From the NCBI GenBank assembly GCA_021818445.1, contig JAKAEB010000011.1, positions 2,269 through 66,268 on the forward strand: a DNA stretch of 64,000 nucleotides, in the 5' to 3' direction. Shown here in pieces: positions 39,942-48,659 of this stretch. Positions within the stretch are counted from its first letter, which is position 1; the number at the start of each line of letters is the position of its first letter. Made by a program: the position numbers and the translations under genes. The notes under the pieces are model-generated. The model was not told where the DNA came from, did no database searches, and worked only from the letters and a program-made list of their open reading frames with translations. Source of the DNA: Planctomycetota bacterium (GTDB lineage: Bacteria; Planctomycetota; Phycisphaerae; WQYP01).

Positions 39942-41130
39942 CGCATTTAATTCCTGTGGGCTTTTCGCAATCGGAAAGTTGATACGCCAGCGGTGTTAAA
40001 TAATTGTCGACAATCCATTCAACCGCAGGTATGCAAACTGCATCGCCGAAACCAAAGAGAGCCTGGTTTAATGGAATACCATCGACGCGATAACAATCGG
40101 GGGCACCTTGCAGACGGGCACACTCGCGTGCGGTCAGCAGCCGCACCTGGTATCGGCCATTGCCAGCTTTGAATAGTATCTGACGACCGCTACCGCCGCG
40201 CGGCGTCCTGAGACAGCCTGCAATTCCGTCGGTACGCAGTTCAGCCATGCTCCTCCCATTTCTGACACGGCGAAATACCGTTGCATACTGGCAAGTATCC
40301 TGCTTTAACATTTTTTCGGCCAGCGTCAGGTGGCGCTCGCTGAATTGCCCAAACAGGTATTTCGCCCGGTCCCGTGGCCACCAGTGCGGATCATCGGGAG
40401 GAAGGTCTTCTATAACGTCGCGCAATTGGGACGACGGTCTTGGTAATTCCGGCAGTGTCCTGATCTTCCAGCGGATATTCCGGTGAAGGTTAATAAATGC
40501 GGCAAGCCTGGTGGGTCTCGCGTCGCTGGCCATGGCAAACTGGCTGCCGGTATGGCAATCATCGACACTGGCGACCACAAACAAGCGGGGGCGGCTCTGC
40601 GGCGTCCAATGAACGGCATTGAGAATGAAAGCGTCCACCGTATAGCCAAGTTTATTAAGGGCCAGCAGAGCTGCCTCAAAGTCCCTCCCATCGTGTGACT
40701 GAAGAAAGCCGACCACATTCTCAAGCATGACGATTGGCGGGCGCCGGTGCCCCAGATTCCCAAGAATACGTATAAGGCCCCAGAATGCAGACGACTGCAA
40801 ACCGTCGAGTCCACTTCGCGACCCGGCAATCGATAAATCATTACACGGGAACGACGCGGTGAATAAATCACATTGGGGTAGATTGCTTACATCAATTTCG
40901 TGGATATCGCCGAGGTGGAAATCCGCTCGGCCGAAGTTCAGTTCATAAATTTCAAGTTTGTCGGGATCGATATCGTTTGCAAAAGCCACCCGCCAGCCAC
41001 AATGTTCAAGCGCGACGCGCACCAGTCCAATCCCCGCGAAGAACTCGGCGGCGACGAAGCCTCGCGCGGATCGCGAGGGTTTATCCCCACGATACGCCAG
41101 AATGCTCCTGCTGGTATCTAAAAGACTCAT
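39934..41130 (-). CDS. DNA (cytosine-5)-methyltransferase
   Basis: FAGIG (motif I), FPC (IV), ENV (VI), PQSRPR (VIII), RECARLQG, FGDAV. Confidence 0.95.
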   Translation of the reverse strand: MSLLDTSRSILAYRGDKPSRSARGFVAAEFFAGIGLVRVALEHCGWRVAFANDIDPDKLEIYELNFGRADFHLGDIHEIDVSNLPQCDLFTASFPCNDLSIAGSRSGLDGLQSSAFWGLIRILGNLGHRRPPIVMLENVVGFLQSHDGRDFEAALLALNKLGYTVDAFILNAVHWTPQSRPRLFVVASVDDCHTGSQFAMASDARPTRLAAFINLHRNIRWKIRTLPELPRPSSQLRDVIEDLPPDDPHWWPRDRAKYLFGQFSERHLTLAEKMLKQDTCQYATVFRRVRNGRSMAELRTDGIAGCLRTPRGGSGRQILFKAGNGRYQVRLLTARECARLQGAPDCYRVDGIPLNQALFGFGDAVCIPAVEWIVDNYLTPLAYQLSDCEKPTGIKCDA

Positions 41131-41223
41131 CGCACCAGATTGTAACCGAGAGACCGTTTTTATCCCCAGCCCGGCATCAATTCGGCTTTCGCCAAGTGTG
41201 TGAAGTATGCCACCCGCTGTTTC

Positions 41224-41410
41224 GTGGCCGCTGCCGGGCGGTCATGATGATGGGCATCTGCGGGCAGCCGCGTCACTCCGCCGTTTTTATGGGTGCGGTA
41301 TTGGCGGCCTTAAGCCACGTGTAGCAGGCGATTGATGTCTTCGCCATTCTTCCAGCGCTTATAAATCATTAATGATTGCTCAATAACTGGAAAAGCATAT
41401 TCACCAGGCA
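41224..41410 (-). repeat. Direct repeat copy B (native ppa 3' end plus flank)
   Basis: Matches 37752-37938 at a constant offset of 3472 bp. Confidence 0.95.
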
Positions 41411-41912
41411 GCACATCATCTACCACCACACGCTTGTGTTCCAACGATTTGTAATCTTCAAAAAATCGCTTCAACACGGAAAGTTTGTGGGCGGGCAACT
41501 GATGCACATCGGAATAGCTGTTGTATTCCGGATCATTCACATGGACGGAAATGATCTTATGGTCAATTTCATTCTGGTCTTTCATGGTCATCAGGCCGAT
41601 GGCGCGGGCTTCAACCATAGTCAGCGGATGCACGGGTGCGGCACCAAGCACCAATACGTCCAGCGGGTCGCCATCGTCGGCCATCGTTTGCGGAATAAAG
41701 CCATAATTGGCTGGGTAATAAACGGCGGAATGCAGTACACGGTCCAGCTTAAGCAGACCGGTGGATTTATCGAGTTCATATTTATTGGATGAGCCGAGCG
41801 GAATTTCGACAATGGCGTTGAAAACCGTCGGCAGCATGCCGCTGCCCGGTTCCACGTTGTGCCACGGGCTGAACCAGGGTGTCGAAGGAAACGGTCCGAG
41901 TTTGCGCCCCAT
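41310..41912 (-). CDS. ppa: Inorganic pyrophosphatase (family I)
   Basis: SPWH, NKYELDK, YPANYGFIP, DGDPLDVL, FFEDYK; AGGAGG SD. Confidence 0.96.
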   Translation of the reverse strand: MGRKLGPFPSTPWFSPWHNVEPGSGMLPTVFNAIVEIPLGSSNKYELDKSTGLLKLDRVLHSAVYYPANYGFIPQTMADDGDPLDVLVLGAAPVHPLTMVEARAIGLMTMKDQNEIDHKIISVHVNDPEYNSYSDVHQLPAHKLSVLKRFFEDYKSLEHKRVVVDDVLPGEYAFPVIEQSLMIYKRWKNGEDINRLLHVA

Positions 41913-42017
41913 TAAAAGCCTCCTCTAACTGGCCAGATGCAGGATTCACCAAGTAAAGTCTAATCGCGCCGTTGGCTAAAAGCCAGACGGCCACCGGGCG
42001 GGCCAAATGGCCGGGGG

Positions 42018-43361
42018 CTAAAGGGCCAGCACGTCGTCGATGAGTTTCTGGGCGCGTTCGTGCGTACGGGCTTCGGCAATCAGGCGTGCGATCGGTTCCG
42101 TATTGCTGGGGCGAAATTGAACCCAGCTATCGCCAAAATCAATGCGTACACCGTCCTGCAGATCAGGCTGATAATCGGCAAAACGCCGGGCGATTTTTTC
42201 GGCAAAGATGCCGGCGCTGGCGCGGTCAACATCCATCTTTTGTTTAATGACGCTGTAAGAGGGAATCTCCGCCACCAGTTGCGAGATGGTTTTGCCGGTG
42301 ATGGTGAGCAGTTCCAGAATGCTGGCCATACCCATGAGAGAATCGCGTATCGGCCCTACACGCAGATCAATGACGCCCCCATTCCCCTCGCCACCGATGA
42401 GGGCATTTTCCTGCAGCATGCGGCCGGCCACATTGGCCTCCCCCACCGGGGTACGAATGACGCTGACGCCGAAACGTGCGGCGAGGTCGTCGATCATACG
42501 ACTGGTGGAGAGATTGCACACCACGGTGCCTTTTTTCTTCATGAGGCGATTAAGCACGCAGAGCGCCAGCGTATATTCCTCGCCAATATAGCGGCCATTT
42601 TCATCGACAATGGCCAGTCGGTCGGCATCCGGGTCCTGGGCAAAACCGACGGCGGCGCGGTGTTTAATGACCGCCTCGCAAAGGCCGGTGAGATTTTCCC
42701 GGATCGGTTCGGGTGTATGGGCAAAATGTCCGTCGGCGGTGCCATTGAGATGAATCAGTTCTACACCCAATTTGCCCAGCAGCATGGGCGATGGGATTGA
42801 ACCGGCACCGTTGATGCTGTCGAGTACCACGCGATACCGTTTTTGAATGATCTGGCGGGTATCAAAATACTGCAGCACGGTTTGAACATGGTGCGCGTGG
42901 CTGCGGCTTTCGGTGGCGTAATGCCCGATGGTATCTATGTCGGCACAAAACCAATCCTTGGCAAAATAACGCCGCTTCAGTTCCGCGATGGCGGATGCGG
43001 AAAGGGCAATACCGTCGGGCTGAAGCATTTTAATACCGTTGTAGGGGGCGGGATTGTGCGAGGCGGTAATGACAACTCCGGCGGCCGCCTTCAAAAAGCG
43101 CGTCATCAGACCGACGGTGGGCGTGGTGACGATGCCCAAGTCGATGATGGATGCCCCGGCCTGCATGGCACCGGCGGAAAACGCCTGCAGGATCATCGGG
43201 CCGGAGCGGCGTGAATCGCGTCCGATGACGATCGCTGGTGCTGATTGAGATTGCCGCAAATGGGTGGCCAGCGTGCGGCCAAAATCAAACGCCACCTGTC
43301 CGGTGAGCGAATCACCAATGATGCCGCGCACCCCCGAAACACTGATGATCAGTTCCGCCAT
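42018..43361 (-). CDS. glmM: Phosphoglucosamine mutase / phosphohexomutase
   Basis: SVSGVRG, ITASHNP, DPDADR, GGEGNGG, RPSNTEP; GGAGG SD before 43361. Confidence 0.88.
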   Translation of the reverse strand: MAELIISVSGVRGIIGDSLTGQVAFDFGRTLATHLRQSQSAPAIVIGRDSRRSGPMILQAFSAGAMQAGASIIDLGIVTTPTVGLMTRFLKAAAGVVITASHNPAPYNGIKMLQPDGIALSASAIAELKRRYFAKDWFCADIDTIGHYATESRSHAHHVQTVLQYFDTRQIIQKRYRVVLDSINGAGSIPSPMLLGKLGVELIHLNGTADGHFAHTPEPIRENLTGLCEAVIKHRAAVGFAQDPDADRLAIVDENGRYIGEEYTLALCVLNRLMKKKGTVVCNLSTSRMIDDLAARFGVSVIRTPVGEANVAGRMLQENALIGGEGNGGVIDLRVGPIRDSLMGMASILELLTITGKTISQLVAEIPSYSVIKQKMDVDRASAGIFAEKIARRFADYQPDLQDGVRIDFGDSWVQFRPSNTEPIARLIAEARTHERAQKLIDDVLAL

Positions 43362-43455
43362 GCAATACCTCCGGCCCGGCAATCTATCCGCATGCATCAT
43401 AAAATCAAGCGATGCAGGGGAAAATGTGCTTCGGCGGCTGGTGGGTTTTCGGGCA

Positions 43456-44232
43456 TTACGGCGAGGTCTCATAAGCGGAATTATTCGGCGACAAAAACCC
43501 GGTACCAGCACCCACAAACGCCTGATACGGGGCGGTGGTGGTGTAGCGGTGGGTGACGGTGGCGGCGTGGCCATCGCAGTAGACCACATTGGTACCGCCG
43601 TGATGCCGGAACGCCTGCGTTCCGGCGGCGCGTAAGGTGGGGCTGACTGAATCGGCATTGGGAGGGAGCGGGGTAAGCAAGTCGGGTGCCCGCATGAAAA
43701 AATCAATACCGCCGTAATATCCGCCATCGCCAAACAGGGCGCATTGGCCCGGATCGGTAAGGGCCGTGGTGGCCGCAGGCGTGGGATTGGCCTCCAGCGA
43801 ACCGTGACCGATGTAGCTGGTATTGTAGTTATAGCCGCAGAACAAGGTTTGCGCCCCGAATTGGCGTATCAGAGAAGGGCATTGCATGACCAGCAAATCG
43901 GAAAGTTGCGACCGGTTCCAGCCAAGCCACAGGATTCCGGGTGCCATCTGCCGGGTGCCATTGGGAAGCCGGGTGAATTTAAGGTACCAAAAGTCTGTCA
44001 TCGGGTTGTAATAAGCCGGTGGAAAATACCCCTGTGACTGGGCGGTGTACAACTCGGCAGCATTGCCAAGCTGGCGGAGGTTGCTCAGGCAGACGACGGT
44101 GTTGGCGTCGCTTTGCGCCCGGCGGAGCGCCGGCACCAGCATCGACGTAAGTAGCGCCACAATGGCAAACACCACCAGCAGTTCCACCAGCGAAAATCCC
44201 CGGCGTAAGGGGATGGTATAAATGGCTTTCAT
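43456..44232 (-). CDS. Prepilin-type N-terminal cleavage / H-X9-DG (DUF1559-type) protein
   Basis: RGFSLVELLVV..L.PAL, CLSNLRQ, AFRHHGGTNVVYCDGH. Confidence 0.93.
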   Translation of the reverse strand: MKAIYTIPLRRGFSLVELLVVFAIVALLTSMLVPALRRAQSDANTVVCLSNLRQLGNAAELYTAQSQGYFPPAYYNPMTDFWYLKFTRLPNGTRQMAPGILWLGWNRSQLSDLLVMQCPSLIRQFGAQTLFCGYNYNTSYIGHGSLEANPTPAATTALTDPGQCALFGDGGYYGGIDFFMRAPDLLTPLPPNADSVSPTLRAAGTQAFRHHGGTNVVYCDGHAATVTHRYTTTAPYQAFVGAGTGFLSPNNSAYETSP

Positions 44233-44279
44233 AAGGTCCCCATTTCTTCATTTTCCTCCGGATGCAACGTAGGCAGCGG

Positions 44280-45197
44280 TCAGGCCGTCCGCCTGCGTCT
44301 CATGGCCAGCAGCCCCAACAGCGGCACAAGCCCAATCAGCAGTGCTGATGGTTCGGGCGTGGGCGTGGAAGGGTCTCCGTAAAGGGCGGCAGCATTGATG
44401 TAGGCGCTTTCACCGGAAGGAACGGTAAACCTGACATAATCAATCGAGTTTAATCCCAGGGTGGACGATCCGGATAAATGGATCCATGTGCCGCCAGCGG
44501 TACCATTCAGCAGATTTAATATTTGCGATTCGGTTTGGCCGGCAAAATCATTTATGTTGCCTGAAAACGGCGTGGCGGCCGCGTATTGGGGAGTTGTGCC
44601 GGAAGCTGCCGGTTGAGGCGAAACGAAGGTGTAACTGCCGGAGGTTACAACCGTGTCATCCACGGTGGTAAAGGCGTTGGTGGGGTTATCAAAGGTGATG
44701 GGCGCACCGCCATTGAGCGACACAAAGTGGGTGCCGTCGGCGCTTACGCTTACAATCGCTTCCGATGGCGTGGAAAGGGTAATCGGGCCGGTGCTGGGGG
44801 CCTGTGGCTGGCCACCGGGCGTACCATTAGCATTTATTAAACCGACGGAAGAATAAACGCCCAGGTAGGCACCTGTACTTAGAATGACGGGCGCGGCGAA
44901 TTGCAGCGTCAGGGCACCGCCGGCTTTGACGGTTGTCAGCACCGCCGGATAACTGCCGCTGGCCGTCTGGGGGTATGGCGGAAAGAATGGGTCGATGGCG
45001 TAGCCGCCCTCGGAGGTGGCAAAGTGGCCAATGGACCCGTTGGGATTAAGGACAGTTGCACCGGCACTATTGGGGCCGGAATAACTGGCCACGGAAGAGG
45101 CGAATTCCGTAGTGGTGGCCGCGGAAACGGCAACTGTCGTACAGGTGCTGGCGGCCAAGGCGAGGACCAATGAAACGTTTGCGGAAAAGCGGTGCAT
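44280..45197 (-). CDS. PEP-CTERM sorted surface protein, candidate corrinoid-binding
   Basis: Signal peptide; C-terminal TPEP-TM-RRRR; AAGGAG SD; first gene under the B12 riboswitch. Confidence 0.88.
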   Translation of the reverse strand: MHRFSANVSLVLALAASTCTTVAVSAATTTEFASSVASYSGPNSAGATVLNPNGSIGHFATSEGGYAIDPFFPPYPQTASGSYPAVLTTVKAGGALTLQFAAPVILSTGAYLGVYSSVGLINANGTPGGQPQAPSTGPITLSTPSEAIVSVSADGTHFVSLNGGAPITFDNPTNAFTTVDDTVVTSGSYTFVSPQPAASGTTPQYAAATPFSGNINDFAGQTESQILNLLNGTAGGTWIHLSGSSTLGLNSIDYVRFTVPSGESAYINAAALYGDPSTPTPEPSALLIGLVPLLGLLAMRRRRTA

Positions 45198-45351
45198 GTA
45201 GAGACTCCTTAAAAAGATGCACAACTGGCCATGGACCCATCACGAACCATTGCGCAGGTAGAGATGCGCACGTTCTAAAGGCCCGGCCAAAAACGAATTA
45301 AAAACAACCAATCGCGACCCTGCGTCCCAAACTCGCGAGGACAAATCGGGT

Positions 45352-45565
45352 CGTCATCAGGCAGGTCTTCTGGCTTAGGGCAGCAAGGGGGAGCAGCCTT
45401 CCCAACAACAACCGCGGCCCTCGGGACGAGGACGTTAACCGGCGTGCGCCGGTGCGGTCGGGTTTAGTGGCTGCGCCCGATGGATTGCCCATCACAGCGG
45501 CGCGTCCGCGGCGGAATTTAACCGCCTTCCCTTTTCACTCGCCAACGTGGCGAGCACCTGACGGG
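45352..45565 (-). ncRNA. Cobalamin (AdoCbl) riboswitch
   Basis: Minus strand: AGGTG..AAAAGGGAAGGCGGTTAAATTCCGCCGCGG..CGCCGCTGTGA..GCCACT..GGGAAGG..AGCCAGAAGACCTGCC (B12 box). Confidence 0.92.
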
Positions 45566-45720
45566 GAAGAGGATAGCATTTTTCTGCGGGATGGCAAGCG
45601 AACATTTTTCGCGCCGCGTGTTTGTACAAATTTTGTGCAGCTTTGACAGACTTTCCACCGCCGCGATATATTTGCTCCTCGGGTGGACAATCGAAAGATT
45701 GAAAGGCGGGGCGACTTAAC

Positions 45721-46755
45721 ATGCCCAAAATAATCATTCCCAATAAGGCGGGTAAGCGCGGTATCGGTGCGGGTGTCTGGAATCTGGGTGCGGGGCGCGA
45801 TCCATTTGGCGGGCCGACGCGGCCGGAAATTCCGATCCTTGATCGGCTTGAATTATTGGCCGCTGCGGGCATCACGTATATTGAAGCGCATGATGTTGAA
45901 ATTACTGCCAGCGACGTGCCTGAAGCAAAAAAATTAATGAAACGATTCGGCTTGCAGATGGGCATGTATACGCCATCGTTTTTCGCCGACCCGGTGTTTA
46001 AGGACGGGGCCATGAGCAGTAATGATACGGCGGTCCGCGACTTGGCGTTGCTCAACGCGATTAATGCCGTGGATGTGACGGTTGATCTCGGTGCGCAGGT
46101 CATGGTGTTCTGGAATGGGCGGGAGGGGTTTGATTTTGTATTGGCCAAGAATGGGCGGGATTCATTTCAACGCATGGTGGAAGGCTTTAACGCGGTGGGA
46201 AAATACGCCCTGAAAAAATATGGTAAAAACAGCCCCCGGTTTGCACTTGAGCCGAAGCCCAATGAACCGCGTGCGAATATGTACCTGAGCAACGTGGGGG
46301 AAGCGCTGTATCTGATCAGCCGATTGGATCCGGCGGTACAGCCGCTATTTGGCATCAACCCTGAAACGGCACACAGTCGAATGGCTGGGCTTGATTACCT
46401 GTGGGAAGTGGAAATGTGCCTGGAGGCGGGGAAGCTGTTTCACATACACCTCAATTCGCAGGATACAACGCGCTACGATCAGGACCTGCCGTTCGGCTAT
46501 ACCGAACCACTGAAAGACTTGGCGCTGTGCGTGGTGCTTCAAGACGCCAAATGGGATGGGATTTTGGCGTTTGATGTCAAAGCCCCGCGAACCGACAGCA
46601 CGCAAGACATTGCCGACATCCTGCATGTCAGCGCGGCCAATCTGCAACGGTTGTGGAACCGGGCGCTGAAGGTGGATCGCCGCAAAATTGCTAAATTCAG
46701 GACGAATCAACAGTACACGGCGCTGGCGGGCTATCTGACTTCATGCCTGTATTAG
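45721..46755 (+). CDS. xylA: Xylose isomerase-like protein (class I type)
   Basis: DPFG, HDVE, FKDGA, WNGREG, EPKPNEPR, NPE.AH, DQDLPFG, FDVK. Confidence 0.85.
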   Translation: MPKIIIPNKAGKRGIGAGVWNLGAGRDPFGGPTRPEIPILDRLELLAAAGITYIEAHDVEITASDVPEAKKLMKRFGLQMGMYTPSFFADPVFKDGAMSSNDTAVRDLALLNAINAVDVTVDLGAQVMVFWNGREGFDFVLAKNGRDSFQRMVEGFNAVGKYALKKYGKNSPRFALEPKPNEPRANMYLSNVGEALYLISRLDPAVQPLFGINPETAHSRMAGLDYLWEVEMCLEAGKLFHIHLNSQDTTRYDQDLPFGYTEPLKDLALCVVLQDAKWDGILAFDVKAPRTDSTQDIADILHVSAANLQRLWNRALKVDRRKIAKFRTNQQYTALAGYLTSCLY

Positions 46756-47041
46756 CCTTCGTAGACTGGCCCGGTCGCAATCTTCATAGCACTGGTTTTA
46801 CGGATAACCGATAATCGCCATCTGAGCGACAATTTCGGGCGAGTCAAAAACAGCGTTTTCCACCTTTGTGATTCATGATTCGCAGGTGCCTTCTGCAAAC
46901 GGCAAGGATTGACGCTGTTATCGGCATCGTGGGGAAGAGGCCGTAGTAAAAAATAGCGGCGACATGCCAAGGACGCACTGCCCGGACGCCGTTTCGTTGA
47001 GGTGGGCCACCCCGTGATGTGTTTTTTGGAAAGGGAATATC

Positions 47042-48478
47042 ATGTCGCGTCTGAACCCGTATATTGTTTTATTAACGTTGATTGCTACCTTGGGCGGACT
47101 TTTATTCGGTTACGACACTGCCGTCATTTCGGGCGCGGTCAGCAGCCTTAAGTGGTACTTCATAAGGCCGCGTCATCTTAGTACGGACGCCGCGAGTACC
47201 TTGCTGGGATTTGTCACATCCAGTGCCCTGATCGGTTGTGTGTTGGGAAGCATAATCGGCGGCTGGGTGAGCACGCATATTGGCCGAAAGGGAGGATTGG
47301 TCATAGCGGCGGTGCTGTTTTTGATCTCGGCGTTGGGGGCGTCGGCACCAGAATTCATGTTTGCACCGATAGGCCATGGCGGCCCGACATACATATGGAA
47401 TTTTGCAGCGTACCGGATCATTGGCGGTGTGGGAGTGGGGCTTGCGTCGATGCTGGCCCCCATGTACATCGCGGAAATTGCGCCGGCGCGAATCCGCGGC
47501 AATCTGGTGGCGTGGAACCAGTTGGCGATCATCTTTGGAATGCTTGTCATTTATTTCGTCAATTATGCCATCGCAAGCCATGGAAGCACTGCGTGGCTTC
47601 ATAAAATCGGATGGCGTTACATGTTTTTATCCGGCAGCATTCCGGCTGCGGCATTTTTACTGCTGCTTTTTATGGTGCCGGAAACACCGCGCTATCTGAT
47701 GCTTAAAGGGCGCGAGGACAAGGCCCGGGCGGTGTTGTCGCGGCTTGTGCCCGCTGAAGAGGGCGACCGGGAAATTGCCGACATACGGGCGTCACTGACC
47801 GAGCACCACTCCGGCAAGCTGTTCTCTTTTGGGGCGCTATTAATAGTCATCGGCATCATGCTTTCAATTTTTCAGCAGTTTGTCGGCATCAATGTGGTGC
47901 TGTATTACGCGCCAACTATTTTTAAGGGTCTGGGCATGACCACCGATGCGTCACTGCTGCAAACGATAATTGTCGGAGCAGTCAATTTGCTCTTTACCAT
48001 TGTTGCAATATTGACGGTTGACCGATTGGGACGCAAGCCGCTGCAAATTATCGGTGCGGTTGTCATGGCAATCAGCATGATAGCATTGGGTGCCAACTTC
48101 ATGTTTCATGGTAAGGGCGTCATTGCCCTGTTGAGCATGCTGATCTACATTGCCGGTTTTGCACTTTCATGGGGGCCGGTCACCTGGGTGCTGCTGAGCG
48201 AGATATTTCCGAATCAGATACGTGGCAAGGCGATGGCCGTAGCGGTTGCTGCGCAGTGGATTGCCAATTATTTAATTAGTTCGACATTTCTGATCTTGAA
48301 CAACAACCCCTATCTCATAAAGACATTTAATCATGGTTTCGCCTATTTCGTTTACGGGATCATGAGTATTCTTGCGGCTGTGTTTGTCTGGGCGCTGGTG
48401 CCCGAGACCAAAAACAGATCGCTGGAGCAAATGCAGCATCTTTGGATAAAACCCGGATCGGCCAGTCCTGACCAATAA
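47042..48478 (+). CDS. xylE: MFS sugar porter, D-xylose:H+ symporter-like
   Basis: GGLLFGYDTAVISG, PMYIAE, PETPR, QQFVGINVVLYY, SWGPVTW, SEIFPN, PETK. Confidence 0.9.
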   Translation: MSRLNPYIVLLTLIATLGGLLFGYDTAVISGAVSSLKWYFIRPRHLSTDAASTLLGFVTSSALIGCVLGSIIGGWVSTHIGRKGGLVIAAVLFLISALGASAPEFMFAPIGHGGPTYIWNFAAYRIIGGVGVGLASMLAPMYIAEIAPARIRGNLVAWNQLAIIFGMLVIYFVNYAIASHGSTAWLHKIGWRYMFLSGSIPAAAFLLLLFMVPETPRYLMLKGREDKARAVLSRLVPAEEGDREIADIRASLTEHHSGKLFSFGALLIVIGIMLSIFQQFVGINVVLYYAPTIFKGLGMTTDASLLQTIIVGAVNLLFTIVAILTVDRLGRKPLQIIGAVVMAISMIALGANFMFHGKGVIALLSMLIYIAGFALSWGPVTWVLLSEIFPNQIRGKAMAVAVAAQWIANYLISSTFLILNNNPYLIKTFNHGFAYFVYGIMSILAAVFVWALVPETKNRSLEQMQHLWIKPGSASPDQ

Positions 48479-48659
48479 ACTTAGCATCCGCCGCCAAGGC
48501 AGTATCAACGCCCCGGATGGAATCCGGATGGAATCCGCATGGCACAAATTGCGATGGCTTTGGCCGCCGTCGTTTGTCACATATAATCCAACCCTGCAGG
48601 GCTTTGCTGTCTTCAAGACGCCAAGGCTGTAGACCAAAGCGTTTTGACCGGAATGAAGC

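Noticed and set aside
43362..43733. N-terminal extension of the glmM ORF
   Set aside because: Overlaps the DUF1559 gene in another frame; SD and family start point to 43361
48513..48537. Tandem CCGGATGGAAT duplication
   Set aside because: Only two 11-bp units with no hairpin array; likely slippage
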